Below, piece after piece: positions 1-7,707 of a DNA stretch of 64,000 nucleotides. The notes under the pieces were generated by a model, which made no database searches, was not told where the DNA came from, and was given only the letters and a program-made list of their open reading frames with translations. Position numbers and translations under genes: made by a program. Each line of letters opens with the position of its first letter. The stretch's first letter is position 1. Where the stretch lies: sequence record PQ066597.1, one strand, 5' to 3'.

Positions 1-13
1 GTCAACTTGTTTA

Positions 14-439
14 TTACATACTTGCCTGAATTTTTTCGATCTTGAGTTCAAGATCAATGATCTCAGACCTCAACTCTTCACATTGAATGCGCTTCATCAG
101 AGTTACGGGTGATGGTAGCGTAGACCAGTCTTCTACATCGTCAGTGTGTTCTGAAAACTTAGAGTTACAAACAGAATATTTGTTGTGGTCGATAAAGATT
201 CCTATGTGATATCGGTGGAGTTCCATTTCCAATTCATAGTTAGCAATCCGTTCTGGATCGTAGTAATCCAACAGTTCTAGTGCTTGTTCGCGTGTAACCT
301 TTTGGAGTGGTACTTTAACTTTGTGATACACATTGTCATATCCACAAACATCCCAGATAACATAGTTTTTGCCAAATGTGTATGTTTCCACACAAGCAAC
401 CTCACCACCACACATTTCATTTAGATCTTCATAACGCAT
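14..439 (-). CDS. hypothetical protein
   Basis: Tiled minus-strand ORF with GAGG RBS; no motif recognised. Confidence 0.8.
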   Translation of the reverse strand: MRYEDLNEMCGGEVACVETYTFGKNYVIWDVCGYDNVYHKVKVPLQKVTREQALELLDYYDPERIANYELEMELHRYHIGIFIDHNKYSVCNSKFSEHTDDVEDWSTLPSPVTLMKRIQCEELRSEIIDLELKIEKIQASM

Positions 440-440
440 A

Positions 441-632
441 TCAATACCTCGGATTAATTGTTAGATGAAAATCATCACCACTACACATGTTACCATACGC
501 TTTGACTCCATCGATGTAAACAGATAAACGACCTCCGTCATAACTAATCTCAATACGTTGGAGATTTTTCACTTTTATCTCTTCTACGGAACACCCACCG
601 GATTGATAATCTTCAAAAATGATATCGCTCAT
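441..632 (-). CDS. hypothetical protein
   Basis: Tiled minus-strand ORF, ATGA overlap with upstream gene. Confidence 0.75.
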   Translation of the reverse strand: MSDIIFEDYQSGGCSVEEIKVKNLQRIEISYDGGRLSVYIDGVKAYGNMCSGDDFHLTINPRY

Positions 633-1129
633 TTCTTTACCCCTTTAACGCGGTTATATTCTGCCACGATTACCGGAGTTTGTGCTTTGGCAATATCCTT
701 GGCTTCCATATCATCAACAATTTCGTTTACCATGTTGAAGATTGTACTATTGATTTCTTCTTTGGTCAACCCCCAATCGAAGTAGTCTTTCAGAATAGGG
801 TCTTTCTTCATCATACCACTCAGACGTTCCATTGCATACTTTACATGTGCTTGGAGTTCTGCGGTTTTTTCAACGAAGACGATTGACTTAATATTTTTGT
901 GGAACTGTTCCATTACAAGAACTTCGTTCATAACCGTACGAAGATCCCGAAGCACACCAACTTCCAGTGCATATAATTCTTCACAAATAGTCGCGATACG
1001 AACTTCGGCCTTTTTCTGTTGGCCTGTTGGATTTACTAACCCAGCGAAAATTTCTGATGGTGGATACATAGCGGTTTTCTTACAGAACACATCAAAAACA
1101 GAACCACGGAAATGCGGATAATTCTTCAT
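629..1129 (-). CDS. hypothetical protein
   Basis: Tiled minus-strand ORF; no motif recognised. Confidence 0.8.
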   Translation of the reverse strand: MKNYPHFRGSVFDVFCKKTAMYPPSEIFAGLVNPTGQQKKAEVRIATICEELYALEVGVLRDLRTVMNEVLVMEQFHKNIKSIVFVEKTAELQAHVKYAMERLSGMMKKDPILKDYFDWGLTKEEINSTIFNMVNEIVDDMEAKDIAKAQTPVIVAEYNRVKGVKK

Positions 1130-1131
1130 TC

Positions 1132-1368
1132 TTATTCTCCAAACCTAATATTACGAGGGAAAGAAAAACCGGTTACTTCTTCGTAACGATTGCGGAAATC
1201 TTCGGCCCAATCTTCTGGTGCCTTACCACTGATATAGTCGTAGAATGACGACTCATCACCAAAAGAAATTTCGATGGTTTCCATACACCGACGTTCATGA
1301 GCAACCAACATATGCTTTTCAACTTCACTACCGGGAGTTCCAAATGGATAATCAAGAATATCTTTCAT
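1132..1368 (-). CDS. hypothetical early protein
   Basis: First ORF after promoter 1396-1424; AGGAG RBS. Confidence 0.8.
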   Translation of the reverse strand: MKDILDYPFGTPGSEVEKHMLVAHERRCMETIEISFGDESSFYDYISGKAPEDWAEDFRNRYEEVTGFSFPRNIRFGE

Positions 1369-1395
1369 AACTGTCTCCTTTGTTTTGATGGGGCT

Positions 1396-1424
1396 AGTGT
1401 CTCATAGCCCCAATCGGATGTCAA
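1396..1424 (-). promoter_or_regulatory. sigma70-like early promoter
   Basis: TTGACA-N17-GACACT with TG extension; -10 lies in the loop of 8-bp inverted repeat 1389-1412. Confidence 0.7.
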
Positions 1425-1708
1425 CAAAAAACATCGAAGAATTTTTCTAGTTCCCATTCATATACACACAGAGAGAAGGGATAAAGAAATGGTTCTTGTT
1501 TATTATCTTCATAGAAGATATATCCCTGTGGGTTTGTTTGATTGGGATCTTTTTCAACAAATATATTATTTTCATTATTGAAAAACCAACGAACAATATT
1601 AATATTCATGTTCATTGTTTCAATGCAAGGGTATGCGGACATAATGAAATCATGACCCAATGGATCCTTAAGAGAAACACGTTTCATTTTACACCCGTAC
1701 ATATTCAA
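1421..1708 (-). CDS. hypothetical protein
   Basis: Tiled minus-strand ORF; no motif recognised. Confidence 0.7.
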   Translation of the reverse strand: MNMYGCKMKRVSLKDPLGHDFIMSAYPCIETMNMNINIVRWFFNNENNIFVEKDPNQTNPQGYIFYEDNKQEPFLYPFSLCVYEWELEKFFDVFC

Positions 1709-1967
1709 TGATGACTTTTTCTACTGGTTTTACTTCGAATACTTCAACCATATCAGGTTCACTTTCGAATGGACGTTCATCCTGCATTTCTGTAAGACCA
1801 ACACTATAATTAACAGCCCAATAACGGTCGTCACCAAGCATACGAAACACCATTGTATGGTATTCAGACCATCGTCCGGAACCAGTCACTTCATTATCCA
1901 AAACTTCCCATCCTTCCGGACAATCACCCCAACACATCTCTCGTAAAATACTTTTTTCTACTTTCAT
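1689..1967 (-). CDS. hypothetical protein
   Basis: Tiled minus-strand ORF, ATGA overlap. Confidence 0.8.
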   Translation of the reverse strand: MKVEKSILREMCWGDCPEGWEVLDNEVTGSGRWSEYHTMVFRMLGDDRYWAVNYSVGLTEMQDERPFESEPDMVEVFEVKPVEKVIIEYVRV

Positions 1968-2275
1968 TTCATAGCACCTTCAATAGTTTCGGAAAGACAT
2001 CCACCACCGTTATACCACAAGGAAATACAATCAATGGTTCCATCTACATTACACTCAACGTCAGTATAACCACATGGGTCTAGTTCTTTATAATCAATAA
2101 CGCGATACACTGTATCGTTTAAGATCATGAATTCTTTTTCTGTTACCAGCTCATAAAATGCATCCCGTGGGTCAACGCTTTCATCCCTCCAATTGGGAAC
2201 GTTGGCTTCAAGAAACGACTCTACACCCAACCCAGTTGTGATTATCTTACACTTCACAAATTCCATACTACTCAT
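1964..2275 (-). CDS. hypothetical protein
   Basis: Tiled minus-strand ORF; no motif recognised. Confidence 0.8.
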   Translation of the reverse strand: MSSMEFVKCKIITTGLGVESFLEANVPNWRDESVDPRDAFYELVTEKEFMILNDTVYRVIDYKELDPCGYTDVECNVDGTIDCISLWYNGGGCLSETIEGAMK

Positions 2276-2747
2276 CGTTATACCTCATAAAATATGCATA
2301 CATGGAATGGTTCGTATCATTAGTAACCTCTTCCTTAAACCAGTATGGAATTTTATCAAAAGCCAATGCTTCTTCCACACTATTAAACTCTATTTCCGCA
2401 TACACGCATGGAAAATCTTCCATCAGGTCAACCTCAATCGTTACATCTTCACATGGGATCTTATATCTGGTCTTCCGAACTGGTTTACTATTTTGACCAT
2501 TGATGATTTCCCAAAACTCATCATGTCCCATATCAGTTTCTATTTCTTCGCGATCTAGCCCGAAACCGGTTTTGATAGTTTTTATATACCAATGACTACC
2601 ATAGTAGTCCTCACAATGACGATAACGAACACCGTCAATATACCATTGCTCTTGATGTTCAAGTTCTTCCTCGAACATATCAATCGCATACCATGGGATC
2701 ATAGGTCTATCAACCACCCATTTCCTTTCAATCTCACGAGCCATCAT
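2268..2747 (-). CDS. CYTH-like (triphosphate tunnel metalloenzyme) domain protein
   Basis: N-terminal REIERKW (ExExK) motif, RKTRY, IEVD, YAEIEF, EEVTND typical of CYTH family. Confidence 0.8.
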   Translation of the reverse strand: MMAREIERKWVVDRPMIPWYAIDMFEEELEHQEQWYIDGVRYRHCEDYYGSHWYIKTIKTGFGLDREEIETDMGHDEFWEIINGQNSKPVRKTRYKIPCEDVTIEVDLMEDFPCVYAEIEFNSVEEALAFDKIPYWFKEEVTNDTNHSMYAYFMRYNDE

Positions 2748-3124
2748 TTCCCCTTAATAGACCTTTGAATATCTTTACCCCACCGTGTTTTTGCACCGGA
2801 TACATCGATAATGGTATGATTCCAAAATTTACGATTTGATTTTACTTTTTCGAAATTTCCATCATGGATTTGTCTATAATTGTCCAACCAACCACTACGA
2901 ACAAATGATGGAACACGAATATCTTTAAATGCACTTTGGATCTTATTATCGTTTTTTGCAAACGTGATGATTGTGGAATTTATTGTTTCCCTAACGTCAC
3001 AACCTTTTGTGAATGTAACAGGAATCTCTGGGGTATCAATTAACACCAGACAATTCATGGAATCGTAATAAGAGATCTCTACAACCAGATCTAGTGTATC
3101 AGTTTTCTTTAACCAATTTAACAT
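2744..3124 (-). CDS. hypothetical protein
   Basis: Tiled minus-strand ORF with AAGGAG RBS. Confidence 0.8.
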   Translation of the reverse strand: MLNWLKKTDTLDLVVEISYYDSMNCLVLIDTPEIPVTFTKGCDVRETINSTIITFAKNDNKIQSAFKDIRVPSFVRSGWLDNYRQIHDGNFEKVKSNRKFWNHTIIDVSGAKTRWGKDIQRSIKGK

Positions 3125-3141
3125 TTTTACTCCTTAAAATA

Positions 3142-3232
3142 CGAACGTAGTGAGTACGCCTTCGGCGGTTCGCTTCGCTCTCTAATTATAGATCTTCTAT
3201 ATAAATACTTATAGAGATTTTATATTTTGATT
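3142..3232. repeat. structured non-coding element, copy 1 (inverted mate at 51541-51639)
   Basis: 3181-3224 is the exact reverse complement of 51549-51592 (44 bp); two further 13-bp identical blocks. Confidence 0.95.
3200..3207 (+). promoter_or_regulatory. T4-type late promoter box TATAAATA, antisense to flanking genes
   Basis: Exact TATAAATA in intergenic DNA inside the repeat element. Confidence 0.55.
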
Positions 3233-3250
3233 TCAAGTGATACTACCTCA

Positions 3251-3331
3251 TAGGAAGCTCTACAATCAATTATATTCAAAACCGATACAAAGTTATAGGA
3301 TTACTTTTAGAATTGATTGTAGAGCTTCCTA
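3251..3331. repeat. perfect 21-bp inverted repeat with 39-nt spacer
   Basis: TAGGAAGCTCTACAATCAATT (3251-3271) and AATTGATTGTAGAGCTTCCTA (3311-3331). Confidence 0.95.
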
Positions 3332-3340
3332 GGGGCATAA

Positions 3341-3604
3341 TTAAACGAAATCTAGATAGTTATCTACTTCATCTTTGAACATAACTGTGAATGTGGAACC
3401 TTCGTCAAACGGTCGGAACCCATTTACCGCTTTGATTTCATTTTTATCGGTAAATTCTACCTCAAATACCTCGTCTGGTGCAATATTAGAAAAGATATCA
3501 TGTACGTCCTTGCTTGCCCACGAGGTTTCTGACGTCACAATTTCATCACTAATTGTAGACATAAATTCATCATAGCATTGGTCACTTTTAAAACGTACTT
3601 TCAT
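3341..3604 (-). CDS. hypothetical protein, dispersed [YV][KR]F[KR]S paralog family
   Basis: MKVRFKSD N-terminus, DEVDNYLDFV C-terminus. Confidence 0.8.
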   Translation of the reverse strand: MKVRFKSDQCYDEFMSTISDEIVTSETSWASKDVHDIFSNIAPDEVFEVEFTDKNEIKAVNGFRPFDEGSTFTVMFKDEVDNYLDFV

Positions 3605-3606
3605 CT

Positions 3607-4092
3607 TTATTCCTCGATAGCAAAAATTTTATAATTGGAAGGGAAAATTAACTCAATCAACGGGAATTTTATTTCAGGCATACGTGCGATTGCAACCATA
3701 TTACCCTCGGCAATAAAATCCTCGGAACGAATAACACCATTTTCTATCCACACAGCAGTAAACATACCGCTTTCCGGGATAAACCCTTGCTCTACCAGTT
3801 TAGGCTCTTTCATATTAACCTCTTGATGTGTCGGGTTCACCTCAACGATAACCTTTTCCACAATATCATTCATACTAAACATCAACCAACCGGGGATCCC
3901 AATATCATTAACCGTGTCAACGGTTTGTTCCCAACGGTCACTCATGACGCATTTCATTGGGGTATCAATATTGTAAATCTCATCAACTATTGGCTTGTAC
4001 TGTACCAGATCAAATCCTAGTTGTTTATAAAAATCCTCTTTCCAATCTTCTTTGGATTTATCATCTTTCCATACAAAATATTTTACTTTCAT
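3607..4092 (-). CDS. hypothetical protein
   Basis: Shares WKDDxSKxxW N-terminal motif with adjacent gene. Confidence 0.8.
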   Translation of the reverse strand: MKVKYFVWKDDKSKEDWKEDFYKQLGFDLVQYKPIVDEIYNIDTPMKCVMSDRWEQTVDTVNDIGIPGWLMFSMNDIVEKVIVEVNPTHQEVNMKEPKLVEQGFIPESGMFTAVWIENGVIRSEDFIAEGNMVAIARMPEIKFPLIELIFPSNYKIFAIEE

Positions 4093-4370
4093 TTGAAAAG
4101 TTTCTCCACTTCATCCTTCGATAATTCCACCAAAAATTTCTCGATGTCGTCGGTTGTGAAGATTGATATACCATAATCGTAATCAATCCCATCGATTTTC
4201 ATTACGTGGTTTCTGCCTTGGTAGATATCACACCCACAAACAAGAACATCAAGATTCATCACATCGTTGGCGATTGCAACTAGCTTTTGATAGCCACCTG
4301 CGGAAATAGACCATTTGTCTTTCGACGAGTCATCCTTCCAACGATACACACGCAACACATGATTACTCAT
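4089..4370 (-). CDS. hypothetical protein
   Basis: Start re-called at MSNHV to avoid overlap; WKDDSSKDKW motif. Confidence 0.75.
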   Translation of the reverse strand: MSNHVLRVYRWKDDSSKDKWSISAGGYQKLVAIANDVMNLDVLVCGCDIYQGRNHVMKIDGIDYDYGISIFTTDDIEKFLVELSKDEVEKLFK

Positions 4371-4380
4371 ATCAACAGCC

Positions 4381-4635
4381 TTATTCAAACCGGATGGTGG
4401 AATTTTTAAAGAGCAAACCAGAACAGACAGCACCGTTTACAACCTGACCAGATGCTGCGTTGATTGCGGTAAATTTTGTTGCAAAGGTGTCTTTTTCACT
4501 ACAGCTAAACCAAGCATATCCACCCACATGGACGTTGGTATATCCGTTTTGAGTCAACACACGGCGAGCGCCGTCCGCATCAGTACAGGCAGACAGGGAC
4601 AGTACAGCAAGAATTGCGATAATCATCTTTTTCAT
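4381..4635 (-). CDS. putative lipoprotein
   Basis: MKK + hydrophobic stretch + LSAC lipobox. Confidence 0.75.
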   Translation of the reverse strand: MKKMIIAILAVLSLSACTDADGARRVLTQNGYTNVHVGGYAWFSCSEKDTFATKFTAINAASGQVVNGAVCSGLLFKNSTIRFE

Positions 4636-4637
4636 TT

Positions 4638-4775
4638 CTATTTCTCCATTTGTTCAATTAAAATACTAAGTCCAGATACAGAGTCTTCTAACAGACTAAC
4701 TTGTTCGCTCTGGAATACATCTGAGTTTACTATAGCCAAGATACCAAGTAAAGTACCTATTACCAAATATTTCAT
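4638..4775 (-). CDS. small membrane protein (45 aa, not in ORF track)
   Basis: MKYLVIGTLLGILAIV...MEK; TAATG coupling; fills gap exactly. Confidence 0.65.
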   Translation of the reverse strand: MKYLVIGTLLGILAIVNSDVFQSEQVSLLEDSVSGLSILIEQMEK

Positions 4776-5122
4776 TATTCTACACCGGTTACCGATTCAA
4801 ACTTTCCTTCTGCGATAAGGAAGGTGATCTTGTCTGAGCAATGATACACCATTTTTACGGGAACTTTACTACCAATCTTGAATTCATATTCTACACGAAC
4901 CACGCCAGAATTAAAAGGGGTTTCAACAATTTCGATTTTCCCCAGATGCTCTTTACGAAGGTCTTTCAAGGTACGGACAATATCAAACTTCAATTCGTCC
5001 GGAATGGCCGCAACCGCATCATAAAAGTCCTGTTCCTGAACTTTTCGTATCTGGCTTTTGATTACGTTGATGAACTTTTCGATTGATTTGTTGTTTACGT
5101 TATCGATACGAGATTGTTTCAT
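4775..5122 (-). CDS. hypothetical protein
   Basis: Tiled minus-strand ORF with AGGAG RBS. Confidence 0.8.
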   Translation of the reverse strand: MKQSRIDNVNNKSIEKFINVIKSQIRKVQEQDFYDAVAAIPDELKFDIVRTLKDLRKEHLGKIEIVETPFNSGVVRVEYEFKIGSKVPVKMVYHCSDKITFLIAEGKFESVTGVE

Positions 5123-5124
5123 TT

Positions 5125-5355
5125 TTAGCTCCTAGATTTAAATGTAAACATCACAGAAACATGTGGACTTCTATCGTGGGTTGGGAACATCGACCAACAT
5201 AATACATCATAACCTTTTGCCGATGCAATAGGGTATAGATCATTCAGTAAAGATTCTACCGAACTCTCGAATGCTCGATATTCGTATTTTTTCAGAGACT
5301 CAAACTCTCTTGACAATTGAACAAATGATTTTACAACAAATTTACCAGTCCACAT
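5125..5355 (-). CDS. hypothetical protein
   Basis: Tiled minus-strand ORF. Confidence 0.75.
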   Translation of the reverse strand: MWTGKFVVKSFVQLSREFESLKKYEYRAFESSVESLLNDLYPIASAKGYDVLCWSMFPTHDRSPHVSVMFTFKSRS

Positions 5356-5357
5356 AA

Positions 5358-5648
5358 TTAAACCCTCTCCAACATTGGAAGAATGAGAGTGTGTAACATA
5401 TCCATATAAGTCTGATAGTAGATGTCTTTATGGATCTCTTTTAGATATTCCATGGTGTCCCGCCCGTTGAAAGACCAGCTAACAACCGCAGCATTATCAA
5501 TCTCTCGCAACGGGTTTCCGTTGAAATTAACAATGATGAAATTCTCACTTCGTGGAACCTCGATGAGCCATTCGTTCTTCCCAGCCAATGATTTACCTTT
5601 TGAAACCACGACTTTTCGTACATCTTCATTGATAAATTGGATTTTCAT
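5358..5648 (-). CDS. hypothetical early protein
   Basis: First ORF after promoter 5673-5700; GAGG RBS. Confidence 0.8.
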   Translation of the reverse strand: MKIQFINEDVRKVVVSKGKSLAGKNEWLIEVPRSENFIIVNFNGNPLREIDNAAVVSWSFNGRDTMEYLKEIHKDIYYQTYMDMLHTLILPMLERV

Positions 5649-5672
5649 AAAACACCTCTCGTTTGAGAATTC

Positions 5673-5700
5673 ATAGTATCAGAAACAAAAATGGAGTCAA
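5673..5700 (-). promoter_or_regulatory. sigma70-like early promoter
   Basis: TTGACT-N16-TACTAT with TG extension. Confidence 0.65.
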
Positions 5701-5722
5701 GCGATTTCTCGCAAGACTCCAT
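5686..5722 (-). terminator. intrinsic terminator overlapping promoter -35
   Basis: ATGGAGTC/GACTCCAT stem (5691-5698, 5715-5722) followed by TTTTG on minus strand. Confidence 0.6.
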
Positions 5723-5726
5723 AAAA

Positions 5727-6059
5727 TTATTTCTTGAGCATACCAGTAAGTTTACTATGTGCTAGGTTAAAGCTTTGTTGTGTGTCGGACTGAGACCGTT
5801 TCCACGTAATCTTACCAAAATCCTCAATTGGGCTGATGTTAACCTTGGTAATATCTACGTTTTCTTTCACCCAACGCTTCCATTCGCCCATTTGGACTTC
5901 ATAGAAACGTTTAGCCTCGCGCATACCAGCAGTATTCATTTTTGCTTGAACACTGTTCAGAATAGAAATGTATTGATTTACAATCCGGTTATAATCTTTT
6001 GATGTTTTCATTTGAAACGATTCGTCGATTCGTTCGAAAAATTCTTTATTCTTTAACAT
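5727..6059 (-). CDS. hypothetical protein, possible internal head protein
   Basis: Start re-called at MLKNKEFFERIDES (AAGGA RBS); basic, downstream of a late-box-linked gene. Confidence 0.7.
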   Translation of the reverse strand: MLKNKEFFERIDESFQMKTSKDYNRIVNQYISILNSVQAKMNTAGMREAKRFYEVQMGEWKRWVKENVDITKVNISPIEDFGKITWKRSQSDTQQSFNLAHSKLTGMLKK

Positions 6060-6060
6060 T

Positions 6061-6936
6061 TTAGTAATCCTTCCCATACCCATAGTTTCTGGCGGCAATT
6101 GTATCATATAGATCCACATGGTGGAACTCTTTTAGTTCATCCATGGAACCATATGCGTATTTCCCGGAATCTAGACGAAGATCAATGGGAATATATTCAC
6201 CACCAATCCCAATTTTAGCCTTCTTTATATCACCGATCATCAAAGGGAAACCGGAATCATTGGAATCATCAAGAAAAATTGTACCAAACTGGGCAACCGA
6301 ACCAGTTGACCTATGAATTGGATCCTGCCAAATATCACGGCAGTATGGCTTGTGTTCATCTGGCATTTCGGAAATAGCCTTTTCTGTTACCTCGTCAAGG
6401 TCAAATACCTCAACACCGTCAATATCAGAACCGATTATATTCTTGGCTTCATTTAGCATAGTCTCGAACTCATCTTGGATCATAAGAGATTCGACGAGGG
6501 ATTCCATCATTGCGCTTTTTTGACCAGCAGCTTGTTGTTTATGAGAAATTTTACCACCGGTTCCTTTTGGGAACACAGTTACGATATTGATTTCACGACC
6601 TTTAACAGAACCAACTACGGAACGATTTTCAGATTGGGAATGGAACATATAAGTACCATTCTTAATCTTGTTTGCTTCTACGTGTTTTACCATCTTTCGA
6701 GCAAAATCTTTCCACTCTTCCGCCGTTTTAGCAGCGGCTCGCTGGTGTGCGCGAGCTTGAGCATGAACAGAACTTTGAACCTTAAACGCTCCCACCCGCA
6801 TAGAAACAGGTAGCTTTGATTGTTTGCTAAGTTCGAATTCCTGATCTTTAGTAAGTTCGACCTTTTGATTTCGGCTTTGTGCCATTTGTTCATCAAACCG
6901 GGTCAGGGTTGCGAACAAGTCTTTAGTTTTCAACAT
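6061..6936 (-). CDS. hypothetical protein with DUF4258/RelE-like (BECR) motifs; possible internal head protein
   Basis: Start re-called at MLKTKD (AAGGA RBS); SVHAQARAHQR ... INIVTVF motifs; acidic MES/LNE repeats. Confidence 0.65.
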   Translation of the reverse strand: MLKTKDLFATLTRFDEQMAQSRNQKVELTKDQEFELSKQSKLPVSMRVGAFKVQSSVHAQARAHQRAAAKTAEEWKDFARKMVKHVEANKIKNGTYMFHSQSENRSVVGSVKGREINIVTVFPKGTGGKISHKQQAAGQKSAMMESLVESLMIQDEFETMLNEAKNIIGSDIDGVEVFDLDEVTEKAISEMPDEHKPYCRDIWQDPIHRSTGSVAQFGTIFLDDSNDSGFPLMIGDIKKAKIGIGGEYIPIDLRLDSGKYAYGSMDELKEFHHVDLYDTIAARNYGYGKDY

Positions 6937-6964
6937 GTTGTTTTCCTTTCGTAGATCTACATAT

Positions 6965-7102
6965 CTATTTAGGAAGTAGGAAAACCTCAACAAGAACCGC
7001 AATAATACTCACACCAACCACAATAACCTTATGTTTCTTTTTCTTCGATACCACAAAAGCAGTACCTAAACCAAACCCAGTTGCAAACAAAGCAAAAGTC
7101 AT
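6965..7102 (-). CDS. small membrane protein (45 aa)
   Basis: MTFALFATGFGLG...; C-terminal part of track ORF 6965-7405; GGGG RBS. Confidence 0.65.
   Translation of the reverse strand: MTFALFATGFGLGTAFVVSKKKKHKVIVVGVSIIAVLVEVFLLPK
6966..6973 (-). promoter_or_regulatory. candidate late promoter CCTAAATA
   Basis: TAAATA core 30 nt upstream of ATG 6936; same variant at 36711. Confidence 0.45.
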
Positions 7103-7113
7103 AATATTCCCCC

Positions 7114-7254
7114 TTATGACATAGCAAGGAGAGATATGGAAGAAAGACCGGCTACGATATAGCCAGTAGTGAAAGCGCGTTGATATGCTGCACGAGTAGC
7201 CTGTACCGATTTCACGAAACAAACGCCAGCAACAAAACCAAGGGCGATTACCAT
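7114..7254 (-). CDS. small membrane protein (46 aa)
   Basis: Start re-called at MVIALG after promoter 7287-7314; hydrophobic. Confidence 0.65.
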   Translation of the reverse strand: MVIALGFVAGVCFVKSVQATRAAYQRAFTTGYIVAGLSSISLLAMS

Positions 7255-7286
7255 CTCTTTCTTCCTTCTCGTTAGTTGATATGAGT

Positions 7287-7314
7287 AGTATACACGAGTT
7301 GGACTTGAGATCAA
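7287..7314 (-). promoter_or_regulatory. sigma70-like early promoter
   Basis: TTGATC-N16-TATACT; leader shared with promoter at 53788. Confidence 0.65.
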
Positions 7315-7320
7315 CTACTT

Positions 7321-7707
7321 TTAAAAAAGAATTTTCACGATAGTAAAAATTATTGCGTAATGAACAAGATGGTGTGCCATTTGGTCTAACCCGAGATGAT
7401 ACCAAAAGACCGGCTCTTGGGGCGTATGACCACGGCTTAACTCTACTTTAATCTTGTCAATAAAGAAGTGTGATATAAAATCAAAAAGGGTAAGACCTAG
7501 GACAACCCATATATTCAATCCCATAATGATCGCAACGAACATTGTCATTAATGCATGTACAGTACAATGTGCAGCCAGTGGTGTAACCCAACCAACCTCT
7601 TTAAATTTCCCAAGCATATACTTACCTTGTAGAAGGTAATCTGCTGAGTAATGCTTTATTTGGTAAAACACCAATAACCCAAAAATTGTGCTAATAGGTT
7701 CAATCAT
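7321..7707 (-). CDS. DUF3307-like membrane protein
   Basis: HYSADYLLQ, HxxxH, HFFID, GLDQMAHH motifs with hydrophobic helices. Confidence 0.8.
   Translation of the reverse strand: MIEPISTIFGLLVFYQIKHYSADYLLQGKYMLGKFKEVGWVTPLAAHCTVHALMTMFVAIIMGLNIWVVLGLTLFDFISHFFIDKIKVELSRGHTPQEPVFWYHLGLDQMAHHLVHYAIIFTIVKILF

Noticed and set aside
3231-3239. TTTCAAGTG 9-mer next to both element copies (also 51531-51539) in direct genomic orientation
   Set aside because: Orientation is inconsistent with the inverted element and the match is short enough to be chance; not called a target-site duplication
6965-7405. 146-aa minus-strand track ORF
   Set aside because: Overlaps two real genes and a promoter; only the last 45 codons have an RBS-supported start
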